Part shown: positions 1 through 12,400 of the stretch, piece after piece
How the letters are laid out: every line of letters begins with the position of its first letter
Position numbering within the stretch: the stretch's first letter is position 1
Assembly (NCBI GenBank): GCA_002269645.1
Contig: NIVC01001182.1
Location: 124,001 to 188,000 of the forward strand
From: Macrostomum lignano
Lineage: Eukaryota
Reading direction: 5' to 3'
DNA length: 64,000 nucleotides
Notes under the pieces: model-generated
What the model saw: only the letters and a program-made list of their open reading frames with translations
Database searches by the model: none
What the model was told of the DNA's origin: nothing
Made by a program: the position numbers and the translations under genes

Positions 1-302
1 GAGTGACAGGTGGTCTTCTAGAGTGACAGGTGGTCTTCTAGAGTGACAGGTGGTCTTCTAGAGTGACAGGTGGTCTTCTAGAGTGACAGGTGGTCTTCAA
101 GAGAGACAAGTGGTCTTCTAGAGTGACAGGTGGTCTTCTAGAGTGACAGGTGGTCTTCTAGAGTGACAGGTGGTCTTCTAGAGTGACAGGTGGTCTTCTA
201 GAGTGACAGGTGGTCTTCTAGAGTGACAAGTGGTCTTCTAGAGTGACAGGTGGTCTTCAAGAGAGACAAGTGGTCTTCTAGAGTGACAGGTGGTCTTCTA
301 GA
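1..302. repeat. 20-bp minisatellite GAGTGACAGGTGGTCTTCTA, about 15 copies, runs off the window start
   Basis: Directly visible tandem copies. Confidence 0.97.
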
Positions 303-435
303 GGAGCATGTGATTCTTTGAATGGAAATTTTAGTTAAATCTTTGAGTAGTAGATATTGCATTTGTTTAATATACGCATTTAAACGTACCTCCTGCTAGG
401 AATGGTTATATTTTAACTTTCACTTTCCTTGCCAG

Positions 436-3400
436 TTTGGTCCAGCTGCTGTCATTTCTACTTGACCTGACCAAGTCGCAGCAGCAGCCGCAACATCTGA
501 CAGCTCAGGCCATGGTCTGCTGCTGCAGCCTCATGATTTCTCGCGATCTGCTTGTGAGTGCTATTAGAATCGCCCATCATCCGCCCCCCCCCCTTAGAAT
601 CGCCATCATCCGCCCCCCCCCTTAGAATCGCCATCATCCCCCCTTAGAATCGCCATCATCCGCCCCCCCCCTTAAAATCGCCATCATCCGCCCCCCTTGG
701 AATCGCCATTATCCGCCCCCCTTAGAATCACTCATCATCCGCCCCCCTAGAATCGCTCATCATCCGCCCCCCTTGGAATCGCCATTATCCGCCCCCCTTA
801 GAATCACTCATCATCCGCCCCCCCCTTGGAATCGCCATTATCCGCCCCCCTTGGAATCGCCATTATCCGCCCCCCTTAGAATCACTCATCATCCGCCCCC
901 CCCCCCTAGAATCGCTCATCATCCGCCCCCCCCCCTAGAATCGCTCATCATCCGCCCCCCCCTTGGAATCGCCATTATCCGCCCCCCTTAGAATCACTCA
1001 TCGTCCGCCCCCCCTAGAATCGCTCATCATCCGCCCCCCCCCCCTAGAATCGCTCATCATCCGCCCCCCCCTTGGAATCGCCATTATCCGCCCCCCTTAG
1101 AATCGCCCCCTTAGAATCGCCATCATCTGCCCCCCTTAGAATCGCTCATCATCCGCCCCCACCCTTAGAATCGCCATCATCCCCCCTAAAATCACCCATC
1201 ATCCGCCTTTCCCATCTATCAACCGCCCTGTCGCATCTGTTATTATCCAAATTCCAGCGAGACGAGCACCAGCTATGCTCAAAGTTAATCTCCTATCTGC
1301 TGGACATAGTGGGCAGTGTGAATGGCATTCACAACATGCTGCTCAGATTCAGAGCGTTGCAGTGCCTCATCGCACTAGAGGATGCTTACCCTGTGAGTAG
1401 CCGGCAAAATTGTGTGCCTTTATCATCCCCAGCTTGATTTATTTCTACATCACTGCAACACCTGCTTTCAGTGTCTGCTATCCAAAAAGCTCGACTATTT
1501 TTACGAATATTGCACCAGCGAGAAGACCTACTTGTCGGAGTTTTATTATTCATTGTTTTCCCTGCTGCTGGTTCACGTGTTCGACTCCAGTATGAAGTGA
1601 GCTTTCTGTTTGCTGCAGTATTAAATAGCAAAGGAAGTAAGGCGTAAGTAAGCTGGCAAAACATAAGCGCACGCTATCGAACTGTTTAACGATATGTGCA
1701 TCGGTAGCAACTCTCTCTTGGCAATGGATTACTTCAGGCACATACATTTCGACTTAACAGTTCGAGAAAATATTCACAGAATACTAGCTCACGTGTGTGA
1801 AAAGTAACTAATTAACAGCTGCCCTTGCCGTTAGGGACACCAGGAGTTTATTGAGAATGCGAGAGCTTATAAAACGCTACTGTCGTATGGATACTGATAC
1901 AAACTTCTTGAAAACTTCAACGCATCACCAGATAAATTTCAATTAGCCTTAACATATGTAACAATAATGGGAATTTCATTTAGAAAAGGGCAGTTGTTAA
2001 GGGACTCAGTGTTGAAACAACTATCTTCACACAAACAACGACTATTTTCAGACCGAAGTAACATCTGTTTTACTGAATAGGAGAACACAAAACGCATCTT
2101 TTTGATGCGTTGTTTTAAATTTTCATGAAAAGACTCAAATGGAAACGTAAAAATGTTTAAAATGCAACGGAAATGAGCAATTACTTAAACTAACATACAT
2201 GTAAGAAAGACTAGCATCCGATCACAAAAGCACACATTCTTCGTCCACCTTGCCGTCATCTTCTCGTCCTTTTATCGCCTTACGACAAGGACACGGTACA
2301 CGCAGGTGGCCTAGAACACGCGCGTCCTGTGCCTGACCATATTTGCTTTCGTCAGCATGCTGCCGCAGGTTGGCCAGGGGGCCCTTGCACTGTGGTAGAT
2401 CCGCGCCACCACTTTAGCCGAATGGGGAGGGGCGGCTCGGGTGCATGTACTTTGCGGTGGTGTTCTGCTCCAAGTTCAGGGGCGACTGGCAGGCTCTCCT
2501 GTGACGCGTGAAGTTCATTTTGCTGTGTCATTCTTGCTTTGCCCGCACAAGACGAGTTCTTTGCTGACTTATCTCTATGGTCTCTGATAAACGCCTGTCT
2601 TGTATTTACGGCATAGTAATTACATCTTGACATACTTGTAGTGCATCTCTATAGTGCGTCTCTGGTGAATTGCCAGGCCTCCCTGCGATGCACAGAGTTC
2701 TCCGCAATTGCCGTACCGCCACCGTTATCCAGTGAACTCGTTCTCCTCGTCTACATGTACTTGCATGTCATTTTCAACTTCCTCTGTTGGTCTCCACCCG
2801 AGGAGTTGTTTCTTTCTCTTCGACCGTTCTTCTGAGATAACGTGTTCTTCCCGGGTCTTCGTGATCCCTCTCCATGCGCCTCGGTCCAACACGACGTTCG
2901 GGGGGTGTCGCCTGATTTTTAGATAGAGGTTTCGCTAATTCCTCCTGTCTTTGACGAAAACGGTTGGTCAAGCGGTCAGTCTCCTCTGCCCCTGGGCTCC
3001 TTTTCCTTTTCTTTGTATCCATGTTGCCAGGCCTGTTGTCCTGTCCACTTGCTACCGCAGATGGCTGGATACAACGGCAAACGATGTATAAGATCTACAA
3101 AATCAAATACACGTTGCCGTCGTCGTCTACATCGCCTTCCAATCGGCTGCACGCAAAAAGCCAAGGGCCGAACCACCCGTCCCTAATAACCAGTCAGAAA
3201 TGGTCACCGAGTTGGCCGACTCAGACATGGGGAAGGAGGGCAAAATAACAAGCACAGAATGCACTACGAGGGGCACTAGATAAGTTTCTAGCTGCGGTCA
3301 ACATGTAACAGTTATAAAGATGAAACTTTCAGAGCTTTTCAAAGTACTCTCCATCAGCTTGGATGCACCGCCTCATCCGCTCAAACCAAGTTTCAAAGCA

Positions 3401-6400
3401 GTGGCGCCACTCTGAGTGGGATACCCCCTCAACGGCCGATCTATAGGCATCAACAGCCTCTTCGGCGGAGGAAAATCGGCACCCTCGCATGGAATTCTTG
3501 ATGAATGGAAATAAAAAAAGTCACACGGTGCCAGGTCAGGTGAATATGGTGGATGACTGAGCTGCTGGAAGCCCACCGTCTGTAGAAACTCTCGAGTTCG
3601 ATTCGCCGTGTGCGCACTGGCGTTGTCCTGGTGCAGCCAGAGACCTCGAACGCCGCACTTTGGCCGCGCCTCTTTAAGGCTGCTGATGACACGCGGCAGG
3701 CAGACGGTGCAGTACCAATCTGCAGTCACTGTGCGCTGGCTCTCGAGTGCTACAGTCGCAATGTGGCCAGTCTTTCGGAAGAAAGTTGCCACCATTTGCT
3801 TGCCAGTGCTCCGACCCCTGACAACCTTGGTCGGCGGGGCTTCATCTTCAAAAGCCCACACACGCGACTGGCATTTCCGCTCGGGTTCGTAGCAATACAC
3901 CCACGTTTCGTCACATGTGACAATGTCTGTGACACACTTCGACGTCCCTCCGCCAAACCTGTCCAGCATTTCCTGGCACCAGCTCATGCGGGCCTGCTTC
4001 TGCTCGGTGGTGAGCAAATGCGGCACCCAGCGACTGGTCAGCTTGCGGACAGCGAGGTGATCACGAAGGATAGAAGCGACTGTCGGCGATGAGATTCCAA
4101 GACATGCCTCAATCGTTTGATACGTCACTCGCCGATCAGCCTCAATCATGCGCCGCACGCGGTCGATAGTTTCAGGTGTCGTCACTGAAACAGGTCGGCC
4201 GGTTCGACCTTCGTCTTCCAAGCTGTCTCGGCCACGCTTGAACTCCCGGAACCAGGCGGTGACGGTGGCGATGGATTGCGCAAGGTTAGGAAAGGCAGCA
4301 GACAGCCGCTCGTGGCACTGGTGAAATGTCAAGCCGCTCTTAAAATCGTAGAAAATCATGGCACGAAAGTGTTCACGATTGAGCTCCATTACAGTGCTGA
4401 AAGAGTCACAGACCTTGTTGAGATAAAATGCGACAGTGAGAGAATGGTGACAATTAGGTGCATGAAACTTTGGGGACCATGATAAAACTTCTTATTCAAT
4501 ATGCTCAGAAAATATGGCCTAATTTGAATAAACGGTTTGACCGAAGCTAAAAACTTATCTAGTGCCCCTCGTACACCCGAGAAGAACAAAATAACAAATG
4601 CGGAATATATGTACTACACATGCAAAAAGTATGCAGAACCTAACAATAAACTGACTGGTTAAACTTGTATTGGAGTCCTGTCTCTTCTTCTTGTGCTTGT
4701 GGGAGATGGTGGTGCTGAGTTGACTGAGTTTTCAAAGTCAGCAGCAGTGGAGACAGGGTAGCTGCAGCAGCCTCAGTCTGTATCCGGCTCTTCTCCCTAG
4801 CAGCCTCACGCTCGGTGGCGTGCCGCAGAACATCAATTATTGCCTGCTGGACGTCGTAACCTTGGTGCACCAACTTCTTTGTGATTGGGTCTGCCAGAAA
4901 ATTAGTCTTTTATTACAACGTCTGTGATGGTATAGTTTTTAGCATGAATTAATTACTTTAACATAAAACTTTTGTTATGCTCCGTAGTGATTTCACGGCG
5001 TTCTCAAATCCCAACTGTTTTCCAGTCAGGGTGCAGTCTGAAAGCTCCGCCCTGCAAGGATGCACTGATGCCCCCCAGAAGTGGTAGAATCAGTTTTTCT
5101 AGTCGATGGATTTTATGCACAGCGTCACAGCTCTGCCGTGCACTGAGCATCTACAGAATGCTCAAGCCCTTAAGAAAACTCCTGATTTGGCCAGACTTCT
5201 CTGCAGTCTTTCTACTGCCCTTGGATCAATTGTTTCGATTGTTGTTAACCTTATTCCTATTATTGCTGCAAGGTGTCTCTCCTTAGTGTTGGTTCTTCTT
5301 GTCCTCCTTTTCTTCCCGTCCCCGCCACGACTGTGGTTAGCCTGATTTTGTGCGGCAGCTAGGTCGGCCATGTCTACCTGCCGTTGATGAAAAGGGCCGG
5401 TTGTGCAGTTCTGACTTGCGTCGTGGGCTGTGCCCCGTGCCGGTTTTCCTGTGCGTCTTCTTTGTCAGGATGCGCGGGCGCATCTCGTCCACTTGCCACC
5501 TCGGGAAGGTGAGACGCAAACGGCAAACCCCCCCCCAACCTTGGATCAATGCAGTCAATGTCTGTGCCATCGTCAGCATTCGTGAACAGTCTTCCATTTT
5601 GAGCGGCTGTAGACGTCAGCGTCCTAGATTTGCTGGTCGCTGACTGGTTGCCCTGTTGACTGCTTGTGCCGCATGTTTTCGGCGTCTGCGTCGGCAGGAC
5701 ACTGTGCCGAACGGTTGGTGGCGTTGAAGCCGGCGTCAGATTCCGTTGAGCTGGGGTCTGTAGGCGGACCGGCTGAAGCAGAAGCGCCGTATTGAAGGCC
5801 GCAAGTTCAATGTCCGAGGACTCTGCTTTACTCACCTTTAGAGTTATGAACCGGTTTCGCTGACCGCAGTTCACTCGAGCCACTAATCAAAGCACCCATA
5901 TGCTGAAGTCTTCATTGAATGATGGCAATTATAGAAGCAAACTATTAAACAATAGAATGGAATGCCAACCAACTTTGTCATTGTGGATATAACCGCTCTT
6001 TTGTGGATCCTAAACGACTCCTGTGTTGGTGCGTCATTGCACTTAAAAACTTAAAAAAACGTTATTTAGTCAAGTCATGCACTAAAACTAAATTTGCAAG
6101 TCTTTTGTCAGTTTACAATGAAATAAAAACGTCTAAGTCGTTCAAAATGAACTTCCGTAAGTTTCCCCAAGAAACATTTTAAAAACTTATCAAGTAACAG
6201 ACTCAGTAATTTGAAGACTGGAATATTTTGCAAGCGGCATTGTTGACTTCATAAGTCATTCATGCCATTTTCTCGGGTCATCAAATTGATCAATCTGTCA
6301 CATATCAGCTTTATCAATCTGTCACATATCAGATTTATCAATCTGTCACATATCAGCTTTATCAATCTGTCACATATCAGCTTTATCAATCTGTCACATA

Positions 6401-9400
6401 TCAGATTTATCAATCTGTCACATATCAGATTTATCAATCTGTCACATATCAGGTTTATCAATCTGTCACATATCAGATTTATTAATCTGTCACATATCAG
6501 ATTTATCAATCTATCACATATTAAATTGGTCACTCTGTCACATATCAGATTGGTCACTCTGTCACATATCAGATTGGTCACTCTGTCACATATCAGATTT
6601 GGTCACTCCGTCATATCAAGCAGCTAAGTAAAACTCTCTTTATTAAAGTACAGAAATGTCTCTTCCAAATCGTCCCTTCCCACAGAGACACCGGCAGCTG
6701 GTCCGACGATCGACTTAACAGCCGCGTCGAGTCTCTGCCGGCCATGTCGCTCTCGTCCATTCAGCCACTGCTCGGACGCCACTCTCTCGCTCCGGTTCCG
6801 CAGTCGCAAATGTCCGAGTTGTCGCCCTCGCCTCCATCGTCATTATCGAGCAACTCGCCGGAGCTCTGCCGCGCCATCGGTCAGCTGATCGGCGCCCTAG
6901 ACGCCGGTCGATTATCGCCGAGAGCTTTCTTTGCCGTTTGTCGATCGGTCGGTCGACTCCTGGACGCTGTCGGTTTGGGCGGACGGGGACTTCGAACGGC
7001 GTTCTACCGACGCCTGCCAGTTTGGGACGTGACGGTTCTGTCGGCCCTGGCCGGGCTGCGGCATCAGTTCGGCTTAGCTGCGCTCGGCTGCTCAGATGAG
7101 CACGGATGCGACCGTCTGGCTCTGTCCATGCAGCGGGTGGCCTGTTCGCCTCTGTTCGCCACACCGCTCAGGCTGCTCATGTGCCACTGCTTGGCTAATT
7201 ATCCGCATCTGAGACTTGGCCGGTCTGGCCCCGACGGTGAAACATTTCCTGAGCCGGCGTCCCGACAGCTGGTCGGCGCCCTGTTTCCCGGCGTATTCGA
7301 TCCTGTCGATTTGCGGGTGCTTAAAGTTCGATTGTTAAGTTTGCGATTTGCGCCAAGGGATAGTTCAGGTGAGTTTGGGGTGTCTGCGATCGGTTTGTGT
7401 CTATATTTATGCAAGGAGAACTATGTTTGTACTTCTAGGTGTATTGTGTATCTTGTACTTTTATATATATTGATTGAATGTACTTTTATGTGTTTTATTA
7501 TCACTTATCTTGCACTTTTGGGAGTGCAAATGTACTTTTAGGTCCGCTGTTAACACAAGCTAGATTTGTACTTCTAGGTGTATTGTGTATCTTGTACTTT
7601 TATATCTATTGATTAAATGTACTTTTATGTGTTTTATTATCACTTATCCTGCACTTTTGGGAGTGCAAATGTACTTTTAGGTCCGCTGTTTACGCTATCT
7701 AGATTTGTGCTTTTAGGTGTATTATGTTTTACTTTAAGTTCTATTGAGTAAATGTACCTTTATGTATTTTATCATTATTGATCTTGTACTTTTGGGACTA
7801 CAACTGTACTTTTAGGTTCACTGTTTACACTAGCTAGATTTGTACTTTTAGGTAGATTGAGTGAATGTACTTTTAGATCTGTTGTGTACACTAGTTAGGA
7901 GTGTGCTTTTATGACTGTTGTGTGCGTTATCTGGATATTCTTCTGGGTATATTGATTGCGTGTTAAAACTAGAGGATAGTAGTGTTAATTATTGGTTTTC
8001 GTTTTACATTTTTAAAAGCTAATGCGAATATCGCTATTTCAGAATTAAACAAATTGAAGGGTATGATGCGCGTACTCTGTATTTTAAGGATTGAAGACAA
8101 CTGTTTACTAACAATTTAACAACTCTGAGCCCCCGAAAGTTTTTAGCTGTCTGGTTACTAACAGATCATTTAAATCGTGATTTATTTTATTTTACTATGA
8201 GTCCTAAAATGGGTCTATAATTTTTATTGAAAAATTTTATTAGTAAATTATTTTACTCTGTTTTTGCACTTCATGGTGTTCAATGCCTGTATTTGGTGAT
8301 AGACTAATAGTATGCTTATTTATCCTTACCAGGTACAAATAATTGCGGATAAGGCACAAACAGGTTTAATCAGTGTTCCATCTTGCATCATAGTGATTTC
8401 TAGAGTGCAGTAATTTTTTAGAACAAAAAGTCGACTATGCTTGCTATACTACTGAATGTAAATGCACACTTGTTAGTAGTACTGTTAGTGCATGGTTGGC
8501 CACGCACCTAAATACCTATACTATAGTGAGATATGCCAGTGAGAGGAGATTGGGGGAAAGAAAGGGTGACAGAGAAAGACCGGAAAGAGGGGAGAGAAGA
8601 GAGGAGACGGAGAGAGAGACAGGAGAGAAAGAGGGGGACAGGAGAGGGAGACAGGAGAGAAAGAGGAAGACAGGAGAGGGAGAGGGGGGAGGCAGGAGAG
8701 AGAGAGAGGGGGGAGGCAGGAGAGAGAGGGAGGGGGGAGGCAGGAGAGAGAGAGAGGGGGGAGGCAGGAGAGAGAGAGGGGGAGGCAGGAGAGAGAGGGA
8801 GGGGGGAGGCAGGAGAGAGAGAGAGAGGGGGAGGCAGGAGAGAGAGAGAGGGGGGAGGCAGGAGAGAGAGAGGGGGAGGCAGGAGAGAGAGAGGGGGAGG
8901 CAGGAGAGAGAGGGAGGGGGAGGCAGGAGAGAGAGAGAGAGGGGGAGGCAGGAGAGAGAGAGAGGGGGAGGCAGGAGAGAGAGAGAGGGGGAGGCAGGAG
9001 AGAGAGGGAGGGGGAGGCAGGAGAGAGAGAGAGGGGGAGGCAGGAGAGAGAGAGAGGGGGGAGGCAGGAGAGAGAGGGAGGGGGAGGCAGGAGAGAGAGA
9101 GAGGGGGAGGCAGGAGAGAGAGAGAGGGGGAGGCAGGAGAGAGAGAGGGGGAGGCAGGAGAGAGAGAGAGGGGGGAGGCAGGAGAGAGAGGGAGGGGGAG
9201 GCAGGAGAGAGAGAGAGGGGGAGGCAGGAGAGAGAGAGAGGGGGAGGCAGGAGAGAGAGAGAGGGGGGAGGCAGGAGAGAGAGGGAGGGGGGAGGCAGGA
9301 GAGAGAGAGGGGGGAGGCAGGAGAGAGAGAGAGGGGGAGGCAGGAGAGAGAGAGAGGGGGAGGCAGGAGAGAGAGAGAGGGGGAGGCAGGAGAGAAGAGA

Positions 9401-12400
9401 GGCACAGGAGAGAAAGAGGAAGACAGGAGAGGGAGAGGGGGGAGGCAGGAGAGAGAGAGAGGGGGAGGCAGGAGAGAGAGAGAGGGGGAGGCAGGAGAGA
9501 GAGAGGGGGGGAGGCAGGAGAGAGAGAGGGAGACAAGAGAAGGGAGGCAGGAGAGGGAGGGAGGCAGGAAGGGAGACAGAGAGAATCTACCGAGAGAGCG
9601 TCGCCTTAGCATCAAACTTCCGTTGTCATGACGCCAGTCTGAACTTCAGTTTCGAGGCACCGATGTCTGTATAAAACAAAACCGGATCCCTTCAATCCAA
9701 CCCGCAGACGAGGCCTCAGCCTGCCTGATGGGCACTCTGGTCAGTCTCAGCCGGCCAGCTCAGAAATCTGGCGGTCGGGGCCGACACGCCGTGGCGTTCT
9801 TTGCCAGCCTGTACGCAGTGTTTGCCAGACACCACGCCAGTGTGCTTGGCGACGATATTCGGCAGATGCTCATCAGCATGATCAATGCCAACCTGGCTTT
9901 TGCAGAGCATCTGTTGGACTTTCTGGACAGCGTCACTCAGGACTTTCCTGACTCGGATTTGCCCTATCAGGTGAGCGGCAGTCTACACTGGCTTTTCTGT
10001 CACTCTGCTTCATTGAAGCTGCATTCCTTTGTCACTCAAGTTGCCTTATTCAGTTATTCTGTCACTTTCGGCTTCATCAAATTCTGTCACTCTCGGCTTC
10101 ATCAAATTCTGTCACTCTCGGCTTCATCATATTCTGTCATTTTCGGCTTCATAAAATTCTGTCACTCTCAGCTTCATCAAATTCTGTCACTCTCAGCTTC
10201 ATCAAATTCTGTCACTCTCAGCTTCATCAAATTCTGTCATTTTCGGCTTCATCAAATTCTGTCATTTTCGGCTTCATCAAATTCTGTCACTCTGCTTCAT
10301 TGAAACTGCATTCCTCTGTCACTCAAGTTGCCTTATTCAGTTATTCTGTCACTTTCGGCTTCATAAAATTCTGTCACTCTCAGCTTCATCAAATTTTGTC
10401 ACTCTCAGCTTCAAAAAACCTGTCACTCTCTCGGCTTTCTCAAATTCTGTCACTCTCAGCTTCATCTAATTCTGTCACTCTCAGCCCCATCAAATTCTGT
10501 CACTCTCGGCTTTCCCAAATTCTGTCACTCTCAGCTTCATCAAATTCTGTCACTCTCTCGGCTTTCTCGAATTCTGTCACTCTCAGCTTCATCAAATTCT
10601 GTCACTCTCAGCTTCATCAAATTCTGTCACTCTCAGCTTCATAAAATTCTGTCACTCACGGCTTCATCAAATTCTGTCACTCTCTCGGCTTTCTCGAATT
10701 CTGTCACTCTCAGCTTCATCAAATTCTGTCACTCTCAGCTCCATCAAATTCTGTCACTCTCGGCTTTCCCAAATTCTGTCACTCTCAGCTTCATCAAATT
10801 CTGTCACTCTCTCGGCTTTCTCGAATTCTGTCACTCTCGGCTTCATCAAATTCTGTCACTCTCAGCTCCATCAAATTCTGTCACTCTCAGCTCCATCAAA
10901 TTCTGTCACTCTCGGCTTCTCCTAATTCTGTCACTCGTTTTAAATCAGTCACTCAGATTCTAAATCTATCAGATGCCCTAACCATCTTAATGAATAATTA
11001 CTCCATCAATCAATTATCAAGGCCTACTCAGAGCTGTGCGACTGGGTAGCCATCAACAGCGCTGAGAATGCGGCGGACAGGCAGTCCCTGGGCCGCTATA
11101 TGACCATCCTGAACCGGGCAGCCATGTACAGTCGGATACCGCCTCAGCCAATCGTAGACTGCCTGGCTCAGTTAGCCTCAATCAATTCCGATCAGTACAA
11201 CTCTCCCCCAGCTACCAGTATTGAAGATTCGAAGCTCTGGCTGTGCGGCCACCTCATTCTGGACGTTAGTCGGTCAGTGTTTCGAACTCATTGGCATCGA
11301 TTGCAAACTGATGCCGGCTTGTTGGCGAATCTGTGCGGAGTGCTGGCGCACTGGGCTGGGCCTGGCGACTCCGATCTGTACGTTGATATCGATGTGAGAT
11401 CTCGAGCTCAGCTATACTACTCACTGGCTAGTTATATGCCTGCTCAGAAATTGGCTTCGATTGTGTTCGAGTCCTCCACCGCCGTTGGAGTGGATTCTGC
11501 TGCTCAGAAGAACTTTGTAATCACGATCAATCGGGTGCTATGAGTCATCGGACTCGAACTAGTCTGGCGGTTGCTGCGCCCACAGCAAGTCAGGCCATGC
11601 CAGAGATGCGACTGCTGGCTGAGCCGCCTGTTGAGCTCAACCTGCTGACTGAGCAGTCTGGCTTGGATTGCGAATTGACAAACAGTGACGCTGAGACTGT
11701 GCTCATTGTGCCCGTTAGACTGACGGTGAGGACTTGCTAACTGGTTCTGGGTCATGTATGATCATTCTGGGTCATTTATGGTCATTCTGGGTCATGTATG
11801 ATCATTCTGGGTCATGTATGATCATTCTGGGTCATGTATGATCATTTTGGGTCATGTATAATCATTCTAGGTCATGTATGATCATTCTGGGTCATGTATG
11901 ATCATTCTGGGTCATGTATGATCATTCTGGGTCATGTATGATCATTCTGGGTAATGTATAATCATTCTGGGTAATTTATAATCATTCTGGGTCATGCATG
12001 ATCATTCTGGGTCATGCATGATCATTCTGGGTCATGTATGATCATTCTGGGTCATGTATGATCATTCTGGGTCATGTATGATCATTCTTGGTCATGTATG
12101 ATCATTCTGGGTCATTTATGATCATTCTGGGTCATGTATGATCATTCTGGGTCATGCATGATCATTCTGGGTCATGCATGATCATTCTGGGTCATGTATG
12201 ATCATTCTGGGTCATGTATGATCATTCTGGGTCATTAATGATCATTCTGGGTCATTTATGATCATTCTGGGTCATTTATGATCATTCTGCGTCATGTATG
12301 ATCATTCTGGGTCATGTATGATCATTCTGGGTCATTAATGATCATTCTGGGTCATTTATGATCATTCTGGGTCATGTATGATCATTCTGGGTCATGTATG

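Noticed and set aside
1393-1471. Alternative 40-bp intron with acceptor at 1432
   Set aside because: In frame, but the 1471 acceptor gives the AP5B1-like join EDAYP-CLLSKKL without extra residues
3450-4092. Overlapping ORFs within the mariner
   Set aside because: Shadow frames of the transposase
8496-9674. Long ORFs over GA-rich arrays (also 14578-15990, 18509-20178, 29498-30060)
   Set aside because: Translations of low-complexity repeats that are open in several frames
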